Source: Lytechinus pictus
Lineage: Eukaryota
Direction of reading: 5' to 3'
DNA length: 60,000 nt
Assembly: GCF_037042905.1 (NCBI RefSeq)
Contig: NC_087251.1
Coordinates: 21,454,001 to 21,514,000, forward strand
Each line of letters begins with the position of its first letter. The stretch's first letter is position 1. Shown piece after piece: positions 26,201 to 34,193 of the stretch. The translations under genes and the position numbers were made by a program. The notes beneath the pieces were generated by a model. That model worked only from the letters and a program-made list of their open reading frames with translations. It was not told where the DNA came from and searched no databases.

Positions 26201-29200
26201 TGAGATATTTTCCATCTTATTTGAAAATTCTTTTAATATTTGTGGCATTAGGACATTTACTATACATTCGATGGATAAAATAATTTAAATCGAAGAATTT
26301 AAGTTGTGTAAAAAACTTCAAACTATTGATAGTTTACAAAAACTTTTATTTTGAGGAAATCGTGGTTTTATGTTTCATTGTGCCATATATGTGTGTGTAA
26401 TATTCAAATTTGAAATGTTCATTTATGAGACTTATATTTTGAAAAAACAAATAAAAAGAATCGCATATGAAAGATAATAAAATATGTTAACATATTCCGT
26501 CAAAATATCAAAATGCGTGATTTTCGACATTCTTTCAGATTTTACGCTAAAATGACATTTTCACGCAAAAGTGCGCATGGCATCCGGCCATACGCTATTT
26601 CTGGGTATTTTTGCAAGACTTTTAGCTGGGATGCCAAGCATTAGCAAGCATTAACAAATTTTGCCGTCCAAACAGTGGCGTAACAGGCGGGGGGGGGGGG
26701 CAGGGGGGGGGCAAGCTGCTCCCCTGGCGGATTTCACCGGGAAAATAAGAGAAAAATGGGAAAAGTAAAAAAGGAGGGAGAAAAAAGGGAAAGGGGAAAA
26801 GGAAAGGAGGAAAAGGAAAGGGAAAATGAAAAGAAAACGAAGAAAAAACATTTTTTTTAATGGAAAAGGAAGGCAAGCGGGAAAATGTACGAAAGAAGAA
26901 CATTTGAGAAAGAACAAATCATTCCGAAATAGGCCTATGTCATGCAATAGCACGGTGGGAAATAAATTAAAAGATGACAAAATGGCAAACAATAGCGGGA
27001 AACGAAAGTAGAATGTAATTAGTCGAAAGCTTAATTGGAAAACAAAGAAAAGGGACAAGAAAAAAAATAATAACACGACCGGGCTGCCGATGATTGAAAT
27101 TAAAGAGCGGGAAGAAAGATGGACTGCATACAACATTGTGCTATGAGCTTGCCTAAATTTTATGCAAATAAGCTACCGGGGCTTTGCCCCAGACCCAACG
27201 CAGTAGGGGCTCTTCATTTATAACCTTCAAATGGCTCTATAACGCCCCCCCCCCCCCCGTTAAATCACGTTCAATCACTGGCATACAGGCGCGGGGGGGG
27301 GTCTTGGTTCCACACCCAAGAGGAAATAAAAGAAATTATAGGAGACAACGTATAATGAAATGTGTTATTTGCTGAATATAATGGAAAAATCTATCACAAA
27401 ATTAGAATGTAATTTCAATAGGCAATTTCTTTTCCAGCTCGCTTTGCACGCTGGCGACTTTTTACAATTTTTTTCCACATTGCTATGTTTTGCCCCCTCA
27501 AAATATTTGGTTCATTATGCAACTGGGTTGAATAAATGTGTTGTGTAAAAGCTATATTTGTATATGCCCGCTATTTGATTAAAATAACGGCAATCTGCGA
27601 GGTTTAAATGGCTTTGATATCAAGAAGTTCCGGGGGCTCCGCCCCGGACCCCAACCGCACATCTCTGCGTATGGAAGGGTTGGGACATGGCCCCAAAAAT
27701 TTCTACAAACAAGAACCAAAAAAAAGGAGGAAAGAAAAGCAAAGGAAAATTGTAGAATATATTTACTGAATATAATGTCAAAAAATAGCTCAAAGTTAGA
27801 TTCTCATGAAAAGGTGATTTTTTTCTCGCTCGCTTCGCTCTCTCGGTACTTATATAAAGCAGCTTTTTAGCACATGGGCTATACTGCGCCCCTAGTTTTT
27901 TTTTTTACCCTTCACGCTACAGCCGCAAAGAATCCTGTTCACAGTGGCGTACAGACCACCAAAAAAAATCTAAAGAGATAAGAGTGAAATATATTATTCT
28001 CTGGATATCATGTCAAAATCTATCACAAAATTTGATTTTTGTATTAAAAAGGTCAAATGTTTTGCTCGCTCGCTTCGCTCGCTCGCAACTTTTTTTTTAA
28101 AGATAAATTCTGCCCGACACGCAATATCTGGCCTTCTCAAAATAGTCGCCTCGTTACACCTGTTCATACCATGATATGACCGGGAAATTTTTGGCTCTTG
28201 CCCCCCCTGGCCACCGACCCCTGTTATGCCGCTGCGTCCAAAGTATAAAAAATCGTTTTGGCCGGTCTTCTCAATACCCCCTTAGTCAAAAGGCGGAAAA
28301 GTAATGATATATGCGAATGGGGATTTTTATAGGAAAACATGAAATGTAATTTGAATTATATAAAAACAGAAAGTTTCTACATGAAAACAGGTCCACTCTG
28401 ATTTGCGAGAGAAAGTAAATGAATGCGAAAATGGTTGCATCCGGACATGAAATTTTCCCAGAATGGCCACGTTCAATGAGAAGTGGATATCATGCGTGTT
28501 AAAAAAAAACCAGACGCGTAAAAATGCGATGACAAGAGGATATCATGCGTGTAAAAAAAGGCAAATAGACGCGTAAAAATGCAATGAGAAGAGGATATCA
28601 TGCGTGTAAAAAAAGGCTAACAGACGCGTAAAAATGCAATGAGAAGAGGATATCATGCATTTTAAAAAAAAGGCAAACAGACGCGTAAAGATGCAATGAG
28701 AAGTGGATATCATGCGTGTAAAAAAGGCAAACAGACGCGTAAAAATGCAATGAGAAGTGAATATCATGCGTGTAAAAAAAAGGCAAACAGACGCGTAAAA
28801 ATGCAATGAGAAGTGGATATCATGCATGTAAAATAAAATACGGCACATTACCGTCGTTTAATACTCATTGCTAGTGAAATGCACAGGACGACTGAAATGG
28901 TATATGGGAAAACTTTTTAAGTGTAACCACGTCTCATATCCAATTCTAGTGGATATTATTCTAGGGTTGGATTCTGTAGCTTACTCCAGGCTGAAAATAA
29001 TATGATATAACAGCCAGAGGAAAAACCAAACAAACAAAACACTGAAAACTTGATGAAAATCGGACAAGGAATAACAAAGTTATGACATTTTAAATATTTG
29101 CATTATTTTGGTGAAACATTTCTATACATCTCAATGAGCAAACTTATGATGTCACATCTCCGCTTGTTCTTTGGTATTTTACTATAAATTTTTATGTTTA

Positions 29201-32136
29201 TTCAAATTTTGTCCCCCAAGAACTAAAAAATGGGTTAAAACTGATTTAATGCATAAGATAATCATAACTGCAACTTATTTCATTATACGGGGGACATATA
29301 AACATATATATGAAATCATTATGATTTCATGCAATAACATAAGAAAAATGAAAGTAGGGATGTAACATCAGCCCACCTAATGGGTATTCACGACGATGTG
29401 CATATAAATGTCTTCACAAAACATTGTGAACTTTAAAATTCAATAACCTCGTTATTTTGTCGTCAGAGTGTGAGGGAATTTTCAGCATTGTGCTCGGTGA
29501 ATTTTACTTTATTTATTTAGATATAATTCTTTTCAGTCCGGAATACCCCTTTACGGGCAGGATTCCGTACCTAATACTTTCAACTATACTTTTTAAGGGT
29601 TCGTTTTCGTATCAATGAAAATACGGGTTGAGGGTGCATTGTGAAACTTCATGGACACCCAAGATATCCAATGGTAATTGGAAGCCCCCCCCCCCCCCCC
29701 CGAGAACATTGTTTACCCAGAAACTAATATCACACATTTAAAAGCTGTAATGAACATTCCTTATTTTCTCTTTTTAATGATTCAATATACTTTCAAAGGT
29801 GATGAATTGATAAGAATGATAACTTGGCTGTAAATGAATGCAGAAAATACTAGTGATAAAATGTCTTCCGATTAAACAATTGCTGATGATTAACATTTAA
29901 AAATACTAAGGGCCTTTTCATACGTGAATCTTGAATCATCATTGTATTGACGATTGCAATTCGTCTTTAGAGTCATCGGACCTTTCACACGCTCACTCGA
30001 AAACTGTGATTTGAATTCGAATTCCCGAGCGAAGGCGGAATGTGTCCTTGGTGACTTGTCAATCAAAGGCACTGCATCTATACGATGAGTGCATGATTAT
30101 CATCTACGGAAGTGCTTGAAAAAAAAACCACGTAAGCTCCGCCCCAAAAGATGTTTTGGAGGTTAAGCCTTTCATACGTAAAATTCGTACCGTAATTTGA
30201 GTGAAACTTAACTGAAATTCACCTCCAGAGTAGAATTTGAATTTGTGATTCTAGTTTGGTTTCACACGTGCTAAAATTTCGTCATCAGCCTTATTTTTTT
30301 GCTGGAATCATCATTCAAATTACGATTTTTTTTTTTACCGTGTGAAAGGGCTGTCAATTATCCCGAGTAAGAATTACTCCAAAACCGCGTTTGTTAGTGC
30401 CACAACACTTTCCCGTAAAAAGGTGATAGGTTGTGGATTCATCAGACTCGGTTTTTAGGGTCACTCTTGAGGGCACTTTCCGCCCTTTCACACGGTAAAA
30501 AAATCGTAATTTGAATGATGATTCCAGTGAAAAATAAGGCTAAATTACGAATTTTAGCACGTGTGAAACCAAACTAGAGCATGATTAGAATCACGGACCC
30601 ATGCAATCATCAGTACAATGATGATTTAAGATTCACGTGTGAAAAGGCCCTAAATTGCAATACGATTCATCATAATGAATTATGTTTTCATATAATTCAG
30701 GTTTTAATGATCCAGAGACGATAGATCGAAAATTACTTATCAACGTCGGTGATGCTTTTTGTTGTTGTCTCCCTGCGAAATGGCAGAGAAAGTTCAATAT
30801 CACAAGTGATTATGACGTCACCGATGACAAATATCCAGATATCAAGGTCAGTGCCGTTTCTGTTATAGTGATCGACGTGGCTTTTATCGAAATGCCTACT
30901 AGAATTGAAAATACAGATATAATTACTTGCAGAGTATTTTACGCCTATGTGTAAACCAAAGTGCTATTTCACACTTCAATTTGCACATGAGCAGTGTGTG
31001 TAAAGAGTAGATGATGGTCAAGAATTATATAATTAACTCCTCAAAAAAAGTTTGGAAATCCGACTTTGATCGATGTTCCCTCCTCGGCTTTACTAAATAT
31101 CAATGTGTAATTAATATTACTGAATAGATCATTTAATTGTCTTTAAAATGATACCCTACATGATATGATCACGGTTCACATGGAGGTGCAGTGCCTTGAA
31201 ATGTGGGGAAAAGGTCAAAATTCAAAAGTTGCAAAATGACACAATATTGAAGGTCACTTTTCCGTGGTGATGGGTGAGTTTCTCAGCGGTTACTTTTGTT
31301 CTCATGCACCGTAACATCAACATTAACATGGAATCAAAAACACCTCTGCACAAGCAAACACATAACAAACAAACATGCATGGGTATTTCAAACCATGTTA
31401 TCTCACAGAACCATCACTACATAAACAACAACAAAACATTAAAAAGGGAGAAGCAGGGGCTTGATTTGAATGGATTTTCATCTCTATTGACACAGACAAA
31501 AGAATCTTCTTGTTCTTCATGACTATTTCTGCTCGTTTTGCAGCTTTTCAATTCAGACCTCATCCAACACTTTTGAATCCTTCTCTTTTCGTGATGGCAT
31601 GACCATAACAAGCATGGTATCATTTAAAGAAAATTAAATGATCTTTTGAATTATTTCAAAAATGCATTGTGTAAAATAGGGAGTTGGGAGAAATTAATGG
31701 CCAAACGCAGATTTCCAAATTTTTTTGAGGGGTTTATATACAGTACATCCAGGATTTTTCGAAAGGGGGGCACATTTTCCCTAGGAAAAATTTGACAAGC
31801 CAAAAAAAAAGGTCTTCACTTTCAAAAGGGGGGGGGGCATACTTCTGTTTGAACGGCATTTTTAATTGTGCCTCTCAAAACAGGGGGGACACGGGCCGGC
31901 TGTGCCCCCCCCCCTGGATCCGCCAGTGGTCCGGTGGTTCTTTGTTCTTTTTTTCTTTTTTGGCGGCAAGTACTAATCAGATCAGAACTTCGGTTGAGCG
32001 AGCTTTCCTTATTTGTTGCGATGATAAGCTTTTCATCTAGGCAAAGGTTGCAAATCTCACTTCTTTGCATTGTCAAGTTAGATTTCTTCATTATTTCTCA
32101 ATTTAAATAGTAGTGTTCCCCTTTCTCTTTCAGATC

Positions 32137-32212
<76 letters not shown>

Positions 32213-32230
32213 ATACATATTATATATATA

Positions 32231-32294
<64 letters not shown>

Positions 32295-32408
32295 TGTATA
32301 GATGCGTGCTATTTTTTTTCAATCAAACCATTTTTTCCCATTCTCAAATGTTGGAATGGTGCTCATCTACCACAGATTTTTTATTACAATTCCCACATGA
32401 AATATCCA

Positions 32409-32482
<74 letters not shown>

Positions 32483-32517
32483 TATATAAATATAAATATA
32501 TTTATATATATATAAAG

Positions 32518-32548
<31 letters not shown>

Positions 32549-32875
32549 AATATATATATGTATAGATATATATATATATATATTCATGGATATTTAATGT
32601 GGGAATTGTAATAAAAAATCTGTAGTAGATGAGCACCATTCCAACATTTGAGAATGAGAAAAAATGGTTTGATTGAAAAAAAAAATAGCACGCATTACTA
32701 CAATCTGTATTTTTTTTTCTTTTATCACGCTCTGTAGACAATTCAACCCATCAATGGAACGGCATACACCAAAATTCCCGTGGATGAAACGTCAAAGCAA
32801 AATGAGTTCTTGCCATCTCATCTCGATGTCACACACAGACCATCAAAACCTGAGTCAATAACAACAACTGTGTAA
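1..32875 (+). CDS. Gene 1: SLC5 sodium:solute symporter, NIS/SMVT/SMCT (SLC5A5/6/8/12)-like; 15 coding exons, 5' end outside window. join(<1..295,679..744,2631..2682,4022..4089,4333..4487,5846..5986,9024..9153,10200..10288,10819..10931,11317..11387,12644..12730,16905..17143,18394..18494,30701..30846,32738..32875)
   Basis: All introns are GT..AG and phases are compatible, giving one open frame of 630 codons including TAA. Family motifs: [64 protein letters not shown]...[26 protein letters not shown]. Confidence 0.95.
679..744 (+). CDS. Gene 1 exon 2 (66 nt)
   Basis: cag|[22 protein letters not shown]|gtatgt. Confidence 0.93.
1153..1569. mobile_element. Non-autonomous hAT-type MITE
   Basis: Termini CAGTGGCGTACCTA / TAGGTACGCTAGTG; perfect 8-bp TSD ATTCTACA (1145-1152, 1570-1577); internal poly-A/poly-G tandem subrepeats. 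Confidence 0.88.
1823..2426. mobile_element. Kolobok/T2-like MITE (~600 bp), copy 1
   Basis: TIR AGGGATGGTCCGGGC.GA / TCCAGCCTTGACCATCC; internal inverted blocks ATGAATATTCATT.GGTGGGCTGATGAT; same family as 9220, 36299, 40401 and 43377. Confidence 0.85.
2631..2682 (+). CDS. Gene 1 exon 3 (52 nt)
   Basis: ttcag|[17 protein letters not shown]+G|gtaagg. Confidence 0.95.
2755..3250. repeat. (GTA)n microsatellite, ~500 bp
   Basis: Direct reading; source of the poly-L and poly-V ORFs. Confidence 0.97.
4022..4089 (+). CDS. Gene 1 exon 4 (68 nt)
   Basis: tag|(A)[22 protein letters not shown]|gtaagt. Confidence 0.95.
4113..4222. repeat. (TC)n(CA)n and (GATA)n microsatellites
   Basis: Direct reading. 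Confidence 0.9.
4333..4487 (+). CDS. Gene 1 exon 5 (155 nt)
   Basis: cag|[20 protein letters not shown]...GGRIVFF+GA|gtgagt. Confidence 0.96.
5846..5986 (+). CDS. Gene 1 exon 6 (141 nt)
   Basis: ttcag|(D)[46 protein letters not shown]+TG|gtaaaa. Confidence 0.95.
6405..6690 (-). mobile_element. Degraded 3' end of an L2/CR1-group LINE
   Basis: Minus-strand translation [24 protein letters not shown]...KSQLKTYL; tail GCGCTATATAAG...(TTA)n. Confidence 0.65.
6905..7135 (+). mobile_element. Degraded 3' end of an L2/CR1-group LINE
   Basis: [16 protein letters not shown]...FKSTLKTYL motif typical of the L2 ORF2 C-terminus. Confidence 0.6.
7849..8128. repeat. Tandem duplication of a ~130-155 bp unit
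   Basis: AATGCAA(A)GTCGGAAAATCGTAAAAT...TTTTAGAAATAGCGCC occurs twice. Confidence 0.8.
9024..9153 (+). CDS. Gene 1 exon 7 (130 nt)
   Basis: aag|(W)[43 protein letters not shown]|gtaaga. Confidence 0.95.
9220..9817. mobile_element. Kolobok/T2-like MITE, copy 2
   Basis: TTAA-ATGGATAGTCCGGGCTG ... CCTGGATTATCCCT-TTAA. Confidence 0.88.
9822..10095. mobile_element. MITE with long TIR
   Basis: CATCTCACAAAGAGTT.TGATTGATC.GATCAATCTCAA inverted at about 10056-10095. Confidence 0.7.
10200..10288 (+). CDS. Gene 1 exon 8 (89 nt)
   Basis: ttcag|[29 protein letters not shown]+AG|gtaaca. Confidence 0.95.
10819..10931 (+). CDS. Gene 1 exon 9 (113 nt)
   Basis: tag|(S)[37 protein letters not shown]+T|gtaagt; contains the S-T Na2-site helix. 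Confidence 0.95.
11317..11387 (+). CDS. Gene 1 exon 10 (71 nt)
   Basis: cag|(S)[23 protein letters not shown]|gttggt. Confidence 0.92.
11443..11774. mobile_element. MITE with GGCCCGTATTCTGAA TIR (second, truncated copy at about 7260-7515 in the opposite orientation)
   Basis: GGTCCGTATTCTGAA ... TTCAGAATACGGGCC, flanked by ATT on both sides. Confidence 0.78.
12644..12730 (+). CDS. Gene 1 exon 11 (87 nt)
   Basis: ttcag|[29 protein letters not shown]|gtaagt. Confidence 0.92.
12932..13225 (-). mobile_element. tRNA-derived SINE with L2-type 3' tail
   Basis: Minus strand: A box TGGTGTAGCGG, B box GTTCGAATCC, central CACCCAGGTGCTAATTGGGTACC core, tail AAGCGCTATATAAATGCCAA(TTA)n. Confidence 0.85.
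14195..14645. repeat. (GTA)n/(GTC)n microsatellite interrupted by a MITE
   Basis: Direct reading. Confidence 0.9.
14326..14601. mobile_element. hAT-type MITE, same family as 1153-1569, opposite orientation
   Basis: CATTAGCGTACCTA ... TAGGTACGCCACCG; flanked by GTAGTAGT on both sides. Confidence 0.85.
14798..15236. mobile_element. PIF/Harbinger-like MITE (homologous to 29910-30355)
   Basis: TTA-GGGCTTTTTCTCACG ... CGTGTGAAAGAGCGG-TTA; about 440 bp alignable to the 29910 copy. Confidence 0.78.
15897..16878. mobile_element. Non-autonomous DNA transposon (CAGG..CCTG termini, hAT-like)
   Basis: CAGGCGCGGATCCAGG ... CCTTGATCCGCCCCTG; ATAAC repeated on both flanks; internal GCTCGCGCTTCGCGCTCGC subrepeats. 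Confidence 0.78.
16905..17143 (+). CDS. Gene 1 exon 12 (239 nt)
   Basis: aag|[19 protein letters not shown]...LPLSVEGC...TDDE+AG|gtacaa. Confidence 0.92.
18394..18494 (+). CDS. Gene 1 exon 13 (101 nt)
   Basis: tag|(R)[33 protein letters not shown]+G|gttagt. Confidence 0.95.
18626..19625 (+). repeat. Left arm of a long inverted repeat (about 1.5 tandem ~600-bp units)
   Basis: The unit starting TTGGC(A)TCCCAGCT.AAAGTCTTGC at about 18690 recurs at about 19287 and is reverse-complementary to 25030-25460 and 26030-26672. Confidence 0.85.
20373..20596. mobile_element. CACT-terminal MITE (EnSpm-like, 2-bp TSD)
   Basis: CT-CACTCTAAAAAAATATTGGGTAAAA ... TTTTACCCAATATATTTTACAGTG-CT. Confidence 0.8.
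21647..21830 (+). mobile_element. Degraded tRNA-derived SINE
   Basis: GGCGCGATAGCTCAATCGGTAGAG (A box) ... GGCTTCGATTCCC (B-box-like), followed by a non-tRNA body. Confidence 0.65.
22397..22633. mobile_element. Small MITE
   Basis: CATGGTCCTGGGAAGC ... GTTCCCAGGGCCCTG with repeated GCACCCC / GGGGTGC. Confidence 0.6.
25030..26672 (-). repeat. Right arm of the long inverted repeat (interrupted by the 25451-26024 insertion and by the hAT element at 26673)
   Basis: Reverse complement of 18667-19300. Confidence 0.85.
25451..26024. mobile_element. Putative non-autonomous element with terminal long palindrome and asymmetric inverted repeat
   Basis: Hairpin 25451-25544; IR TTATATCCCTT (25585-25595) / AAGGGATATAA (26014-26024); it interrupts the right-arm repeat unit. 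Confidence 0.6.
26673..28234 (+). mobile_element. Non-autonomous hAT element, 1562 bp, copy 1
   Basis: CAGTGGCGTAACAGG ... CCTGTTATGCCGCTG; 8-bp TSD CGTCCAAA (26665-26672, 28235-28242); near-identical to 47747-49329. Confidence 0.95.
28476..28835. repeat. Minisatellite, about 6 copies of a ~57-bp unit
   Basis: AATGAGAAG(T/A)GGATATCATGCGTGTAAAAAAAGGCAAACAGACGCGTAAAAATGC. Confidence 0.92.
28983..29553. mobile_element. Kolobok/T2-like MITE, diverged subfamily
   Basis: TACTCCAGGCTGAAAATAA ... TTTCAGTCCGGAATACCCCTTTA; shares internal blocks with the 9220 family. Confidence 0.75.
29910..30650. mobile_element. Inverted pair of Harbinger-like MITEs forming a foldback
   Basis: TAA-GGGCCTTTTCATACGTGAATCTT ... 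AAGATTCACGTGTGAAAAGGCCC-TAA; inner ends at about 30352 and 30480; right copy internally deleted. Confidence 0.82.
30701..30846 (+). CDS. Gene 1 exon 14 (146 nt)
   Basis: ttcag|(G)[30 protein letters not shown]...YPDIK|gtcagt; phase matches exon 13. Confidence 0.88.
31034..31738. mobile_element. Tc1/mariner-like non-autonomous element
   Basis: TA-ACTCCTCAAAAAAAGTTTGGAAATC ... GATTTCCAAATTTTTTTGAGGGGTT-TA. Confidence 0.7.
31741..31929. mobile_element. Short G/C-run MITE (hAT-like)
   Basis: ATCCAGGATTTTTCGAAAGGGGGGCAC ... GTGCCCCCCCCCCTGGATCCGCCAGTG. Confidence 0.65.
31945..32105 (-). mobile_element. Penelope-like element remnant (C-terminus of the GIY-YIG region)
   Basis: Minus-strand [12 protein letters not shown]....[16 protein letters not shown] matches the CxLCLxEKxxI...LNxRxELxSxCRH pattern of PLE ORF ends. 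Confidence 0.75.
32138..32695. repeat. (AT)n tracts and ~110-bp near-perfect inverted repeat
   Basis: 32302-32412 is the reverse complement of about 32580-32695, with (AT)n between them and upstream. Confidence 0.93.
32738..32875 (+). CDS. Gene 1 terminal coding exon 15
   Basis: Polypyrimidine tract + tgtag|[17 protein letters not shown]...PESITTTV*; phase 0 matches exon 14. Confidence 0.8.
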   Translation, partial: TIQPINGTAYTKIPVDETSKQNEFLPSHLDVTHRPSKPESITTTV

Positions 32876-33288
32876 GGTCTAACGTAGCAAGCAACATCAG
32901 AGATGTGACCTATAACAAACAAAATCATTTCGATGGATTGTGGATTGCTCGAACGTTGTATGGGAGTTTGATCAATATTATGCGAATGTTTTCAGAACGT
33001 GATCTTTTACAAATGTGTGGTACAATCAAGTTGTGATTGTTGATGGTATTTGCCAATAACCAAGCCCTGATAATTGTTGTGACCGAGTCACATTCAAATC
33101 ACATCAAGGTCCACCATATACCGTATACTGTATATCCAGTTTAGTATGCCTAACATAATCGTGTCATGTTCTAAAGGCGTCGATCCATGTTCATATTGGG
33201 AGCAAAAGTGAATTGCAAAATTTTCGGCGCGTTCTGCGTGCCAAATTATAGTACAAAATTTTACGAAAATATTGTAAATTTTGAATGG

Positions 33289-33899
33289 TTGAAGGACGAG
33301 TCCACCCCAATAAAAAGTTGATTTGAATAAAAGGAGAAAAAATCCAAGAAGCATAACACTGCAAATTTCATCAAATTCGGATGTAAAATAAGAAAGTTAT
33401 GACATTTCAAAGTTTCGCTTAATTTCACAAAACACTTATATGCACATCCTGGTTGGTATGCAAATGAGCAGACTGATGACGCCATCCACTCACTATTTCT
33501 TTTGTATATTTTATATGAAATATGAAAAATTCTAATTTTCTCCTCATTGTCAGTGAAACAAGATATTATTCCTCCCTGAGCGTGTGGAATTACCATTATT
33601 TTAATAGATAATGGTTAATTCAAGTTGGTCCTAATTGTCAAATCTTGAAAAATTGAAATATTGTATAATTCAAACAAAAAAAACCAAAAGAAATAGTGAG
33701 TGAGGGATATCATCGATTCTCTCATTTGCATGTCACTTAGTTGTGCACATAACTGTTTTGTGAAAAATAAGGGAAACTTTAAAATGTCATAACTTTCTTA
33801 TTTTACAACCGATTTTAATGAAATTTTCAGTGTTATGCTTGCTTGATTTTTCTCTATTGACTCTAATCAACAATTTTCTGGGATAAAATTGACCTTTAA
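33289..33899. mobile_element. Kolobok/T2-like MITE, AGGAC.AGTCCACCCC subfamily
   Basis: TTGA-AGGACGAGTCCACCCC ... GGGATAAAATTGACCT-TTAA; long internal inverted arms. Confidence 0.8.
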
Positions 33900-34193
33900 T
33901 AGTTTCTTTGCAAATTTTAATTGTTTTATAGTGCTTTACAATGCCTTTGATATGCATTAAAAAAAGTTTATATTGCATTTTACAAATTGTTTTCAGTTGT
34001 CAAGATCATTTGGGGCAAATCGATATGATCCCCCAGTAATTTCATTAGGCAATCGCCCCCCAAATCACCCAACCATTTTTATAATTCTGTCCGTGGTCGT
34101 GTACATGCTTCCCATCTATTTCATCAATCGATTGCAGAAATTAGTCTTCCATGTGATTGAACATTTACAAGCAGAAAAGCCCCCTCTTAAAAG

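Noticed and set aside
26622..27136. Phe/Leu-rich ORFs repeated at 48937-49336
   Set aside because: Low-complexity purine tract within the non-coding hAT element; shared only because the element is duplicated.
28476..28835. Possible CRISPR-like array
   Set aside because: Whole units repeat with no unique spacers; eukaryotic intron; no cas genes.
32620..32665. Hammerhead ribozyme in the Penelope-adjacent palindrome
   Set aside because: GATGAG is present, but the CTGATGA...GAAA core with supporting stems could not be assembled.
32098..32741. YI-repeat ORFs
   Set aside because: (AT)n microsatellite.
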